In this document: piece by piece, positions 10,761 to 21,099 of the stretch
Layout: each line of letters begins with the position of its first letter
How positions within the stretch are numbered: position 1 is the first letter of the stretch
Assembly (NCBI GenBank): GCA_004431415.1
Contig: QPMI01000640.1
Coordinates: forward strand, 1 to 64,000
DNA from: Cyanophora paradoxa CCMP329
Taxonomy: Eukaryota; Plantae; Glaucophyta
Length of the DNA stretch: 64,000 bases
Direction of reading: 5' to 3'
Made by a program: the position numbers and the translations under genes
Notes under the pieces: model-generated
The model's database searches: none
What the model was told of the DNA's origin: nothing
Seen by the model: only the letters and a program-made list of their open reading frames with translations

Positions 10761-13352
10761 TCATGCGGCGGCGAAGAACTTGACGGAGCGGTCGAGGGAG
10801 GCGGAGCCGATGAAGGCGGCGTCAGGCCCGAACGCCACGTCCGTCACAGCCGCCGTGTGCTCCCCGAAAGCCTTCACCTCCTCGAAGCCCTTCGTCGCGA
10901 ACACCCTGCCCCGCCCCCGGTCGCACCGGCCCCGCGAGCAGAGGCGCCGGGCGGGGCGGGGCGCACCGGACGTTGGCGCCGGCGGCGGCGAGGTACTGAC
11001 CCGAGTAGTCGAACGCCACCGCGTTGATCGGGGTCCTGCGGGGCGCGCCTCAGGCGGCGCCGTCGCGGCGTGGCACGGTGCAGTGCGGAGCGGGCGTACC
11101 CCTCGGAGACGGAGAGGGTCTTGAAGTTGCAGGCGTCGGGCTGGCCGGCCTTGCGGAGGTCCCACAGCTTCACCGTCCCGTCGTGCGACGCCGAGGCCAG
11201 TAGAAGCTGCCGCGCGCCTCAGGCCCAGCGCCGATGCGGGGCCGGGGCGGGCTGGTGCGCGCGGACCCGTTCTCGGAGAAGGCGATGGAGGAGACGGGCC
11301 GGCGTGGCCCTCGAAGGTCGCCACGTGGCCTGCGACTTGACGTCCCACACCTTGATCAGCGCGTCCGGCGTCGCCGTCCCCAGATCAGCCCGTCCGGTGG
11401 AACGCCACGCTGCTGTACCCTGCCCGCGCCGTCAGCCCGCCGGCGACTGCCCCGGGGCAGGGAGAAAGGGATGGGCAGAAAGAGGATTGGCGCGAGCTAG
11501 AGGGGGGGGGGGGGGGGGGGACAGGGAATGTTGGAGGTCCTATCGCGCCAGAGCCGACGAGACGGCAAGACGCCACCGACCCTCGACCGTCCCTCGCGAG
11601 CCGAGGGCCCGGGGCGCGGCCGTGACACAATTTCGCATTTCTCTTCAACCTGGCTCATGAAAGATCGCCACGTTGCTTTTAAAAATGCGGACGCCACGGC
11701 GAGGCCAGACGGTGGGCGGCGGGCACCGGGAAAGAAAGGGGGACCGGGGCGGGGCGGGGTGCGCGAACCCCGTGGATGCCTGCGTCCTGGGTCTGGACGA
11801 AGCAGAAGCCGGAGCGGATGTCGAAGATCGCCCAGGTGCCGTCGTGCGAGGCCGAGACCAGGTAGTCGCCCGTCGCGTGCAGCGAGACCTGCCCGCCCGC
11901 TCAGCGCGGCCCGGCGCGGGCGGGCGTGGAGCAGCGCACCCCGACGACCTCCTCGCGTGCTCCTTAAGAGTGAGCGCCGCCTTCCAGCCTGCCGCCCGTG
12001 GTCAGGCGGCGCAACCCCAAGCAGCGTCTCCCCGATCGCGCGCACTGGAATCCTTGCCGGTCCAGACCTTCACGGTCTTGTCCGTCGAGGACGAGAAGAT
12101 GACGTTCTCCGAAGGGTGGACGAGCACATCCGTGACCTACACGCGTGCGCAGGTGACGAGAGCAGCCGTGAGCGGCACATGCCGGGCGATGCCGAGGCCC
12201 GGTGCGAGGGCGCACCTTCTGCTGTGGCCGCGAGCTCGCGACGAGCTTGCCCGCCGCACGGTTGAAAAGGATAACATCGCCATCGACGCCACCGGACACG
12301 GCCTATCGGACCGGTGAGGTGCTGGAAGAGGAATATCGCCACAGACAAGCAAGCCGCACCATGTTCGCATCGCGCGGATTGAGTCGAGGCAAGTGACACC
12401 GGGTGGGCTGGCTTGTGCATGAGCTCGTCCGACCTGCTTGACGCCTGGATCTGCTCAGGAGTTGCCAGGGACGCCGAGCCTGCCGCTTCTTGCGGCTTTC
12501 GACAACCGAGCAACTCGCGGCTCGGAGGTGAACTTGCACGAAAGGAAACAAACGACGCGCACGCGGTCGCAGTGCTCGTCATCTTCTTGACACATCGCTA
12601 GTGAGGCCGACTCGGCTTGGGCACATCGACCTCCATTGGCTCCGCGGCCGCGCTCGGAGCTGCGGCACCCTGTGCGCCTATCTGCGATAGTTGTGCCGTC
12701 GCCGCCGCAAGCGCACTGCTCGGCAAGCCCAGTTAACATCTCCGCGAATGCTGGGCGGCAGCCATCCGGAAAACGCACTTCCGGGCCTGATCGCGCTCCT
12801 TGACAAGTCGGGCGATAACCGACAAGCGGCATCGTGCTGATAGAGGGCGTGCGAAAGTTCTTGCCGAACCTGGAACTCGCGTGAGCGCGATGGGCGGCGG
12901 AATAGCGAGTCAGGGGCGGGAGGCGGAAACGGACGGTGTCCAGGTGCGCTGAGAGTGAAAGTTTCCAGCGTGAGCGCGTCCCACTCGTTCTGAAAGATGG
13001 CGAGGAGCGAGGGGATGCTCGTCGCGTTCGGTGGCCGGGGCTCACGATCTTCGAGGCGCCGGGCGAGCACGATCACATTAGCTTTCGAGCACTGAGCGAA
13101 TGCTCGCGGGGAGGGCGTGGCACGCGGCGCGAACCCTGCGGGACGAGGAGTCCTCCTTGCCATCGGCTCCTTCGTAATGGGCACGTGCCATTCGCCTCAA
13201 GGTACTTCTCGATCAATCGCTTCTCGTAAGCGTGGCCGGACTTTTCGAGATGACCGGCTCCTCCGGGATGCCGCCCGACACTGCGATCGAGTGAGGGGCG
13301 AGCGGGAAACCCCAAGCGAACGTAGTCGAACGCACGGCGCGGTGAGGCTCAT
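10761..13352 (-). CDS. PRP19: Pre-mRNA-processing factor 19 (U-box + coiled coil + WD40)
   Basis: U-box SGHAYEKRLIEKYLEANGTCPITKEP; PRPPNATSIPSLLAIFQNEWDALTLETFTL; QELSHALYQHDAACR; WD repeats ending HTAAVTDVAFGPDAAFIGSASLDRSVKFF. Several single-base indels, probably assembly errors. Confidence 0.93.
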
Positions 13353-14007
13353 CCTGGGCGGGCTTCGTTTTTGCGAGCAGGTCCTTCCCCCCCTGTTCGC
13401 CGGGTACAGCAAACGTAGCGCATTCTCGCCCAGTGTGCGCCTTCTGCCTTCTCGGGTGGGCCGACTTTGTGCTAATGTGAAAGAAAGCTCCAAATGGAAG
13501 AGAGAAAAGCTCGTCGCGAGCACCCCGCCCAACGGCGCCCGACCGCCGTCTGCCGAGCCCGCTGAGCCCTCGCTGCGCAGCGAATGTTTGACTTCATCGG
13601 CTCGGTGGTCCGCGAGACCATCCGCGCGAACCAGCCCTCGACGGAGCAGAACGGCGGAGCACTTCGCCCGCGTAGGAGCGTGCGACGCCGCAGCATGGAA
13701 ATATCCTTTTGCCGCGTTGCCGCGCCTCACAGTCCGCTTGATGCTGCTCGCCTTGACCAGCTCGCCGCACGGTGCATGACTTCGAGGAGAAGAAGTTCAA
13801 GCATAAGTATAGGGACGTTTGTGTTTGCGTAGGATTGGTAAGATCTGCAATCAACTAGGTCTTGGGCGCGGTGATGGCACGTTGTGCGGCGGGCCGCTCT
13901 GGCATTGCAGGTGGCGAACTCGTGTGCCTGGCTAACCCCTCAGGCTCTCAAGCGGGGACAGGAGCACTTGTGGCGTGCAACAGCCACAGCGGGCAGATGA
14001 GGGGGCG

Positions 14008-15943
14008 CTACCTGACGGAGAGCTCGCGGCTATGGCGGAGGTCGGAGCGGCGCATGGCCTTGTCGGCCGGCTCCGCGAGACCTCCAGGCGGGTGACGGGG
14101 GTAGAGGGAGGAGCTGGGCCGCCGGAGGGCGGGGGCCGGCGGGGCTGGGGGGCGGGGACGGCGGGGGAGGTGTAGGGGGAGAGGAGGCCCTGCTCGTGGG
14201 CGGCGCGGAGGAACTCGGAGGCGTTGCCGCGAGGAGGCGCTCCGCGCAGAGCCGCTCGAGGAACGCTCCGTCCTCCACCCGGTGCACCTTCTGCGCGTAC
14301 GGATCGCCGGCAGCCCCGCGCCCCGCTGCCGCCCCGTCCCCCGCGGCGAGGGGCCCCGCCCCCCGCGCCGAGGCCGGGGCCGGTAGGAGCGCAGAGTGAG
14401 GGTCGGCGCTGGCGCGGCGGGGGCCGGGGGTGCGGGAGGGAGGCGAGGTTGAGCGGGGGGACCTCCGGCGGGGCCGCCTGCGGGGGCGCCTGCGGGGGCG
14501 GCGGCTCGTACACGGTGCCCTGCGCGGCGGCCTCCTCCTGCCGGCCGCGTCGGGCGGTGCGGGCGGGCCGGGGGCACGGAAGAGGAGGGACCTGCAGCAT
14601 GAGGAGGACGGCATCCTCGCAGGGGCCACCTCTGTGCCGCCCGTCGGGCCGCAGCTGGGGGGTTCGGTCGGGTGGTGCGGGGCGGACCGTCGGGGGCGAG
14701 CCAGCCGCCGGCAGGGTTGGCGACGCGGGCGAAGAGGCCGTCGAGGAAGGCGCGTACTCCTCGTCGGTCGAGCCGGGGCTCCACACGTCCGCCACCCGCA
14801 CAGCGAGTCGTCTGCCCGCCCGCCCCCGCTCGCCCCCCGCCCCGCGTGCCGGCGCGTGCCGGCGCGGGGCGCGCACAGAAGGCGTCGTAGTCGAGGGCCT
14901 TTGCGCCGTGGCGTCCAGCCGCCAGTCGTCCTGCGCCCTACTAAGCGCCCGCCGGCGCGGGGCCGAGCTGGCGGGGCCGGCACCCGGGCGAGCGGGCGGG
15001 AGGCCCGGGTCGTCCACGCGGGGCACGAGGGAGAGGTACATCGCGCAGTTCAGCTGCACGTATCCCTCCAGCCCTGCGCCCCAGGGTCGCCCCAGGGACC
15101 GGCGCCCTCGCGGCGCTCGCGGGGCGGAGGAGGCTTGGGGCGCGCACCTACACGGTCCCGCCCCTGCCGCGCCACCTCCCAGTACTGGTCGATCGTCCGC
15201 CGCAGGTTCGGTCCTGGTGGTGGCGCGCCGTTGGCGCGGGAGCGGAGGCGGGGCGTGGCGGAGGAGGGGGCACCTGCCGCAGCTCCGTCGGGGGCGCCGC
15301 CGCCACTGCCGCGGCTTCTGGAACTGCAGCTTGCGCTGCACTCCGTGCAGCATGTACAGCCTGCGGGCCGTTTGAAGGGGGCACGCCTGCCACGAGCGGG
15401 GTCAATGGCGACGGGCTCGGCCCAAGCGAGAGCAGGTGCGGACGGGGTGTCGCAGTGAAAACTTTTCTCGCTGGCCGTTGTACCACCGTCTTGCCCACAG
15501 CTCGATCTCGTCAGGCAAGGGCTTCGGCTGTCGCACGTCGGCCGGAGGAACCCTTGCGAGCGATGTGGCAGCCAGCAGATCGCTCACTCCACTCCAATCC
15601 TGCGCTTCCTCGTCAGCCTCGGAGTGAAGCCAGCTGGCTGAAGCTTTGGAGTCACAGGCAACCAGCCGCAGCTAATTCTCATGCAAGGCAGCCAGCCAGG
15701 AGCTAATTCTGCTGCGGTGCTGGCCGCTGGCATGGGACGGGCTGGACGCGCTAGGAACACTAGCTGAACCGATTTCACTGGTTTCCCTATATGGCCTAAG
15801 CCAGCTGGACTGGCTAGCTGAGTGCGGCGACCTTCCAGGTTCTCGGCGAAAACTTCACATACGCATCGAGGTCGTTTCGGCGGTTTCTCATCGTCCCGGC
15901 GCCTCAACAGCCCGTCGGGCGCGCCTTCTTCTTCCACGACCAT
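14008..15943 (-). CDS. Hypothetical protein (multi-exon)
   Basis: Exons PKPLPDEIELWARRWYNGQREKFSL, LYMLHGVQRKLQ, GLEGYVQLNCAMYLSLVPRVDD, ADVWSPGSTDEEY, AFLDGLFARVA separated by short GC-rich introns, plus a low-complexity tail. Ends uncertain. Confidence 0.5.
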
Positions 15944-16270
15944 TTCGGGGGTACAGGTGCCGCGGAGAGCTTGCGAAGCCGGTCCAAGTTGCGGGGAGGC
16001 GTAAAGGTTCCGCACGCAGGCTTGGCCATCGTTCCTGGAGTCGATCATAGCTCCCGTACCGCGCCCGCTTTCCAACCGACCGTCAAGTTGCCCCGGCGCA
16101 TTCGCCGCGTCGTTGCATAACAGTCGTAGATATGGACAGGAAGGAGAAGGTTAGCGCAGCGTGCGACGCCAGCTGATTCTGGAGCGCGCCAACCAACCCG
16201 CCCGCGCGAGCTCGCCACGGCGCAGCGAAACACCAGCGATAGTTGTGGAGCCCAGCTCTGACCTCGAACC

Positions 16271-18271
16271 ATGCGGGGAGCCCGATCGCTCGATGTGCTC
16301 AGTGTCGACATCGGGGCGCCCCTGCGCTCGCCCCTTGGCCCAGCGGAGCGCAACCCGTTTGCCTATGACTCGCCGAAGCTACCCTCCTCCCACAACGGCA
16401 GCTGGCGAAGGAGACGCCCAGCCGCTTCCCAGCCTAGGCTCGTCGTCCTCATCCCCACGCACCTGCCGGCGAAATTCGAGTCGACGCTGCCGGCGAGCAT
16501 CGCTTCGAAGTTAAACCTTCTGAACGGCGTGGACAGCCCACGAGAGACCCCGCCGAGCTCGGCGGCGGTGCTCCGCGGCAGCCGTCCCTGCTGGGGCGCC
16601 AGAACCGGTCCGGCTCGCAGGCGCAGCTGGTCCCCTCGCGAGCGACGGGCGGCGGCTGTCGATTGCAGTTCTACAACACGTCCGTCGAGCCCGCGGCGCT
16701 CGCCCCGCAGAACCGGCGTCACTCGGTGGACCCGCGCGCCGGCCAAGGCTCCTCCGCCTCGTGCCCGGCGAGGCGGAGCCGGAGCGCGCGGCGAGGCGCT
16801 CCCCCGCCGCCCCGCAGCCGCAGCTGCAGGCGCAGGCGGGGACTCGCCGCCGGCGCGGCGGGCGAGCGTGATGGTGGGCGGGCCGCAGGGGGAGAACCGG
16901 CGCTCCTCTATCGCCTTCGCGGCCGTCCCCGAGGGCTCCCCGCTCGCCGCCAGCCGCCGCGGCTCGGTCATGGCGGCGCAGGGGCGGCGGCCCTCGCTCA
17001 TGCGGCCCGCTCGAACAGCCGCGGCGACCTCGGCTGGCGGCGGGGCGGCGGGGGGGCCGGGGCCGGGCGGGGCCGGGCGGCGGTACTCGCGGCGGGAGGT
17101 GCTCGAGCTGAAGCGGATCTTCGACAGCATCGACTGGAGCGGCGGCGGCACGCCGCTCGTCGCCGACGTCCTCCGCGCCCTCGACTCCGCCGCCGACCTC
17201 GCCATCCGACGCCTCGCCGGTCCGCCCCCGCCCCGCTCCCGCCGATGCGTGCGGGCGGCGCGCGTGCGAGCGGGCGGGCGGGGCGCAGAGGGCCTGCTGG
17301 AGCGGCTGCAGGCGAAGGGCTCGGTGGCCTCGGAGCAGGAGACCCTGACCTTCCACCAGCTCATCTACGCCCTCTACCCCTCCCTCCTCAAGTACGAGTA
17401 CGAGTTTATCTTCTCGTGGACCAGGTACCCCCGGCGCTGCGTCGGGCAGACAAGAGCCGCGGGCAGCGCCGCCGACCCCCCGCGCGCGCAGGCCGCGCGT
17501 GCGCGAGCGGAAGAAGGCGCGGCCGCTCACGAGCGAGGAGAAGGCCGAGATCGCCGAGGTACGCGGGGCGGGGCGGGAGGCGGGTGTGGCGGGGCGGGGC
17601 GGGGAGGGGGGGGGCGCGCGGCGGGGCAGATCTTCGGGCTGTACGACCGGAACGGGGACGGGTCGCTCTCGCTGGAGGAGTTCGTGGAGGCGATGCAGCG
17701 CACCGGCATCCCGAGGACGAGCTCATCGTCCGCGACCCCCGCGCCCCGCCCGCGCCCCGCCCCGCCCCGCCTGACGGGCACCCGGCAGGACGTCTACTAC
17801 TGCCACGACCTCGACCACAACTCCGTCATCTCCCTCTCCGAGTTCGAGGAGATGGCCGCACCGCCCCGCACCGCCCGCCCCGCGCCCGCGCCCCGCCCCG
17901 CGCCGGGCGCGCTGACGGGACCCCGGGGCGCGCAGATGTCCAACGCCTACCTCAGCGCCAAGGTCGTCGAGCGCGCCATGGCCAGCGTCGCAACGCCCCC
18001 GCCCGCCCCGCCTCTCCTGACCCTCCCTCCATTCCTTTCCCCTCCCGTCCCACTCCACACCCTGCATCTGGCAGCCCCGTTCCAAGGGGGCCCGGCCGCT
18101 GCCATTCGTTTTTTTCGTATTTGCTCAGACCCGCCATCTGCTCCAGCATGGCCGCGCTTCGATACGCTCTCAATACGTGCATGTGCATACTTCATCGCTT
18201 CTTATTCGCATTGTCATTTATCCTTTTGTCTTGCACGTCGCATTTTTTTGAAGTGCAAGAGCTACGAATAG
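16271..18271 (+). CDS. EF-hand calcium-binding protein with long N-terminal RRxS-rich extension
   Basis: EF loops DWSGGGTPLVAD (degenerate), DRNGDGSLSLEE and DLDHNSVISLSE. N-terminus has repeated RRAS/RRSS/RRGS/RRPS motifs. 3' end uncertain (about 18020-18271). Confidence 0.72.
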   Translation: MRGARSLDVLSVDIGAPLRSPLGPAERNPFAYDSPKLPSSHNGSWRRRRPAASQPRLVVLIPTHLPAKFESTLPASIASKLNLLNGVDSPRETPPSSAAVLRGSRPCWGARTGPARRRSWSPRERRAAAVDCSSTTRPSSPRRSPRRTGVTRWTRAPAKAPPPRARRGGAGARGEALPRRPAAAAAGAGGDSPPARRASVMVGGPQGENRRSSIAFAAVPEGSPLAASRRGSVMAAQGRRPSLMRPARTAAATSAGGGAAGGPGPGGAGRRYSRREVLELKRIFDSIDWSGGGTPLVADVLRALDSAADLAIRRLAGPPPPRSRRCVRAARVRAGGRGAEGLLERLQAKGSVASEQETLTFHQLIYALYPSLLKYEYEFIFSWTRYPRRCVGQTRAAGSAADPPRAQAARARAEEGAAAHERGEGRDRRGTRGGAGGGCGGAGRGGGGRAAGQIFGLYDRNGDGSLSLEEFVEAMQRTGIPRTSSSSATPAPRPRPAPPRLTGTRQDVYYCHDLDHNSVISLSEFEEMAAPPRTARPAPAPRPAPGALTGPRGAQMSNAYLSAKVVERAMASVATPPPAPPLLTLPPFLSPPVPLHTLHLAAPFQGGPAAAIRFFRICSDPPSAPAWPRFDTLSIRACAYFIASYSHCHLSFCLARRIFLKCKSYE

Positions 18272-20385
18272 TGCGCGCACAAGACACGCTCGCCAAGGCG
18301 GTGGCAGCGGGGAGAGGGCCGCGGGCTAGCGCTAGCGGCTAGCGCTGGACTTGGGGCGTGGGCAGCGGAGGGAGGGCTCGCCCAGAGGCGCACCGTCTGG
18401 TCGACGACGGCGGGGCCGGGCGTCAGCGAGTCAGGGCGCCGCCACTGGCGCGGGCGGGGGCGGCGGGGCGGACCTTGTCGAAGGAGCAGGAGGCGAGGAG
18501 CTCCTCGCGCGGTGGAAGTGCACGTCGCGCTGCGCGGCGTCAGCGGAGGGCGCCGGGCAGCGCGCGGGGGCGGGGGAGGCGCACCACGACGCCCGTGTGG
18601 CCGGCGAGCTGCGGGGCGGGCGCGGCGTGAGGGGGCGGGGGCGGGGCGGGGCAGGGGGCGGGCAGGGCGGACGCGGGAGAGGGAGCGGGAGGTGCGGAGG
18701 TCCAGACGTGGATGGCGTTGTCCTGCCCCGTCCCGTGCACGTAGTGCCCCGAGGGGTGCCAGGCGTGCGCCTGCACGCACGCACCCCCGTGCCCGCCGGC
18801 GTCAGCCCCCGCCGCGTGGCCGGGTGGGCGGGGGCGGGGCGGACGGCTGCGCGAAGGCGTCGTTGGAGGCCCCGTAGAGGTTCCTGCCCCGCCGTCAGCC
18901 CCGCGCCGCCCGGCAGCGACAAAGCCGCCGCCGCGCCGCCGCACCGCACTTGCTCGCCCGTGCCGTGCGGAAGACGATGATGCGGGACTTGTCTGAGGGG
19001 GGCGCGGCGAGGTGAGAGACGGGGCGGGGCCGGGGCGGGGCGGGGGCGGGGAGGCGGGAGGGCGGGCCGGTGGAGACGGAGAGGTACTTCTCGTTGGGGC
19101 TCGCCGCGAGGTCCATCGCCGTGAAGCTCACCTGCAGCGTCCAACCCAAGTCAGAAAATCTTACAAGGACGACAAACAAAAAGGCTCACACCACGTTGTC
19201 TCCATTTATGTTCATGTTGACCTGCGCGCGCCCGCATCGGGGGGGCCGACTGGGGGCGTGCGGGGCGGGTGGGGGCACCTTGGAGCGGACGGCGCCGGCG
19301 TCGAGGTCGATGTACTCGAGGAAGTTCGAGTCGCGGCACGCCGCCACCAGCGTCTGGCCCCGCCCCGCCCCCGTCGCCCCCGGGCCCCCGCCGGGCGGGG
19401 CGGCGGGCGGGGCGCACGTGGGTGCCCGGGAGGACCTCGACGGCCTCCACCGTCCCCACGAACGCCAGCTCCGCCACCATCGCGTACCCGGCCCCGTCCC
19501 CGCCGCCCTGCGCCCGCCCCGACGGCTCGCAGGCGGGGGGCGGGCGGGGCGGGGCGGGGCGGGCCGGTAGACGCGGAGGTGCTTGTCGTAGGAGGCGATG
19601 CAGAAGAAGGAGGCGTCGGGGGCCAGCGCGCCCGCACCGCGTACTTCGTCCCCGCCGCCAGCGTCTGCACGATCGAGCGCTCCCGACGCTGCGCCCCGCC
19701 GCCTCAGGCTCCGCCGCCCCGGGGCGGCCTCGTGGGGCTGCGGGGGTGGGGCGGGCCTGTAGATGCGGGCCTTGCCGTCCATGCCGCAGCTGGAAATCTT
19801 CCGGTCGATTGGAGAAAGGGGGCCAGCTGCGGGGAGGAGCACCTGAGGAGGAGATCCCTGCTGGGGGGTCAGGGGCCGGGGCCGGCTGGGAAGGGGCGGG
19901 CGGCGCACGGGTCCTCGGGGTGGAAGTCCACGGAGAGGATCTGCCCCGCCCCGCCCCTCAGAGGCGGCTCGCAGCGCAGGCGCCCCGCCCGCCCCGCGCA
20001 CCGCCCCATCCGTCGATGGGAAAGTGATCGGGGGCGGCGTGGGCCCCCCCGCCAGCGCCCCCCGGAAGTTGACCAGGCGGAGGGACCTGTCCGAGCCGCC
20101 CGTCGCCACAAGGTCCAAATCGTGCGGCGAGAAGCGAACCTGCGCGCGCACACACGGAGCCGCGTCACACGTGGGGGGAGGAGCAGGCGACGAGCGAGCG
20201 CGGCGGACGGTCAGGATGTTGCCGGTGTGAAGCCCCTCGATGCAAGCCTTCTGCTCCGACGGGTACACGCCGGCGCCGACGATCTCGTTCAGATCGTCAT
20301 CGTCCGCCGCCGCCGCGCTCAGCCCGCCGGGGCCACGCAACATCTCAGCCTCGTATGCGTCGCTCAGAGCTGCATGTCTGAACAT
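18262..20385 (-). CDS. WD40-repeat protein
   Basis: LHTGNILT|VRFSPHDLDLVATGGSDRSLRLVN; ILSVDFHP; SCGMDGKARIY; ASYDKHLRVY; AWHPSGHYVHGTGQDNAIHVW; LAGHTGVV|RDVHFH..LASCSFDK|TVRLW. Confidence 0.82.
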
Positions 20386-20696
20386 TAAAACGAATTAACG
20401 TTACATGATTCCGAGCTGCGCGCACCGGCGAGGAGCGCGCTCGCGCGGTGCAGCGAGTCGGGCTCGTATGCGCGTCCTGCCTCCTCTTCGAGCGCCGCCA
20501 GCGCATGGGTGAAACCCCTATACGTAATCGATCAGGCGTAAACTCCTGTGCGCGAGGTGTGCCTACTTGTCGTGCAAATACTGGAAGACCATTTGTAGTT
20601 GGTAATCTTCTTCGCATAGGCGCGCGCCGGCCGGCTCGAAATCCGTCATCGCGATCTGATCTCGCGTTGCGCTTGCTGCTTTCCTTGGTTGAAGTT

Positions 20697-20740
20697 GTCA
20701 GAAGGCTGACAGAAGGCTGTCAGAAGGCTGACAGAAGGCT
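20697..20740. repeat. 4 x 11-bp tandem repeat G(T/A)CAGAAGGCT between divergent genes
   Basis: GTCAGAAGGCT GACAGAAGGCT GTCAGAAGGCT GACAGAAGGCT. A second duplication, GACTCGCCGGCGATCCCGCTCAATCCC x2, lies at about 21014-21075. Confidence 0.85.
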
Positions 20741-21099
20741 GTAAAGCGCCTCGTGGGGTACCGAAGAATCGGGGGGGTGGAACCCGTTGACGAAAGAGCT
20801 CCAGCCGGAGGAAATCGCGTCGCGTGGCCGCGAAGGATGGAGCCTGCACTTCCGCAAGGTCTGCTTTTTCTCTCGAGTGTCGACGCGAGCCACCCGGCCG
20901 ACAGTCCTCGCCCGCTTTCCCGCTCTCTTTTCTTTCGGCGAAAATACCCTTTTTGATTTCGAGATAGTCCGTGACCTCTCGAAGCCACGGCGGCAAGCCT
21001 AGCCGCAGCGTCCGACTCGCCGGCGATCCCGCTCAATCCCCAGCGTCGGACTCGCCGGCGATCCCGCTCAATCCCTAGCGATTCGCAGGCCGAAGGGAG

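Noticed and set aside
10761-13352. PRP19 (and other genes) as pseudogenes or programmed frameshifts
   Set aside because: Scattered single-base indels in otherwise well-conserved essential genes are best explained by long-read consensus errors in GC homopolymers.
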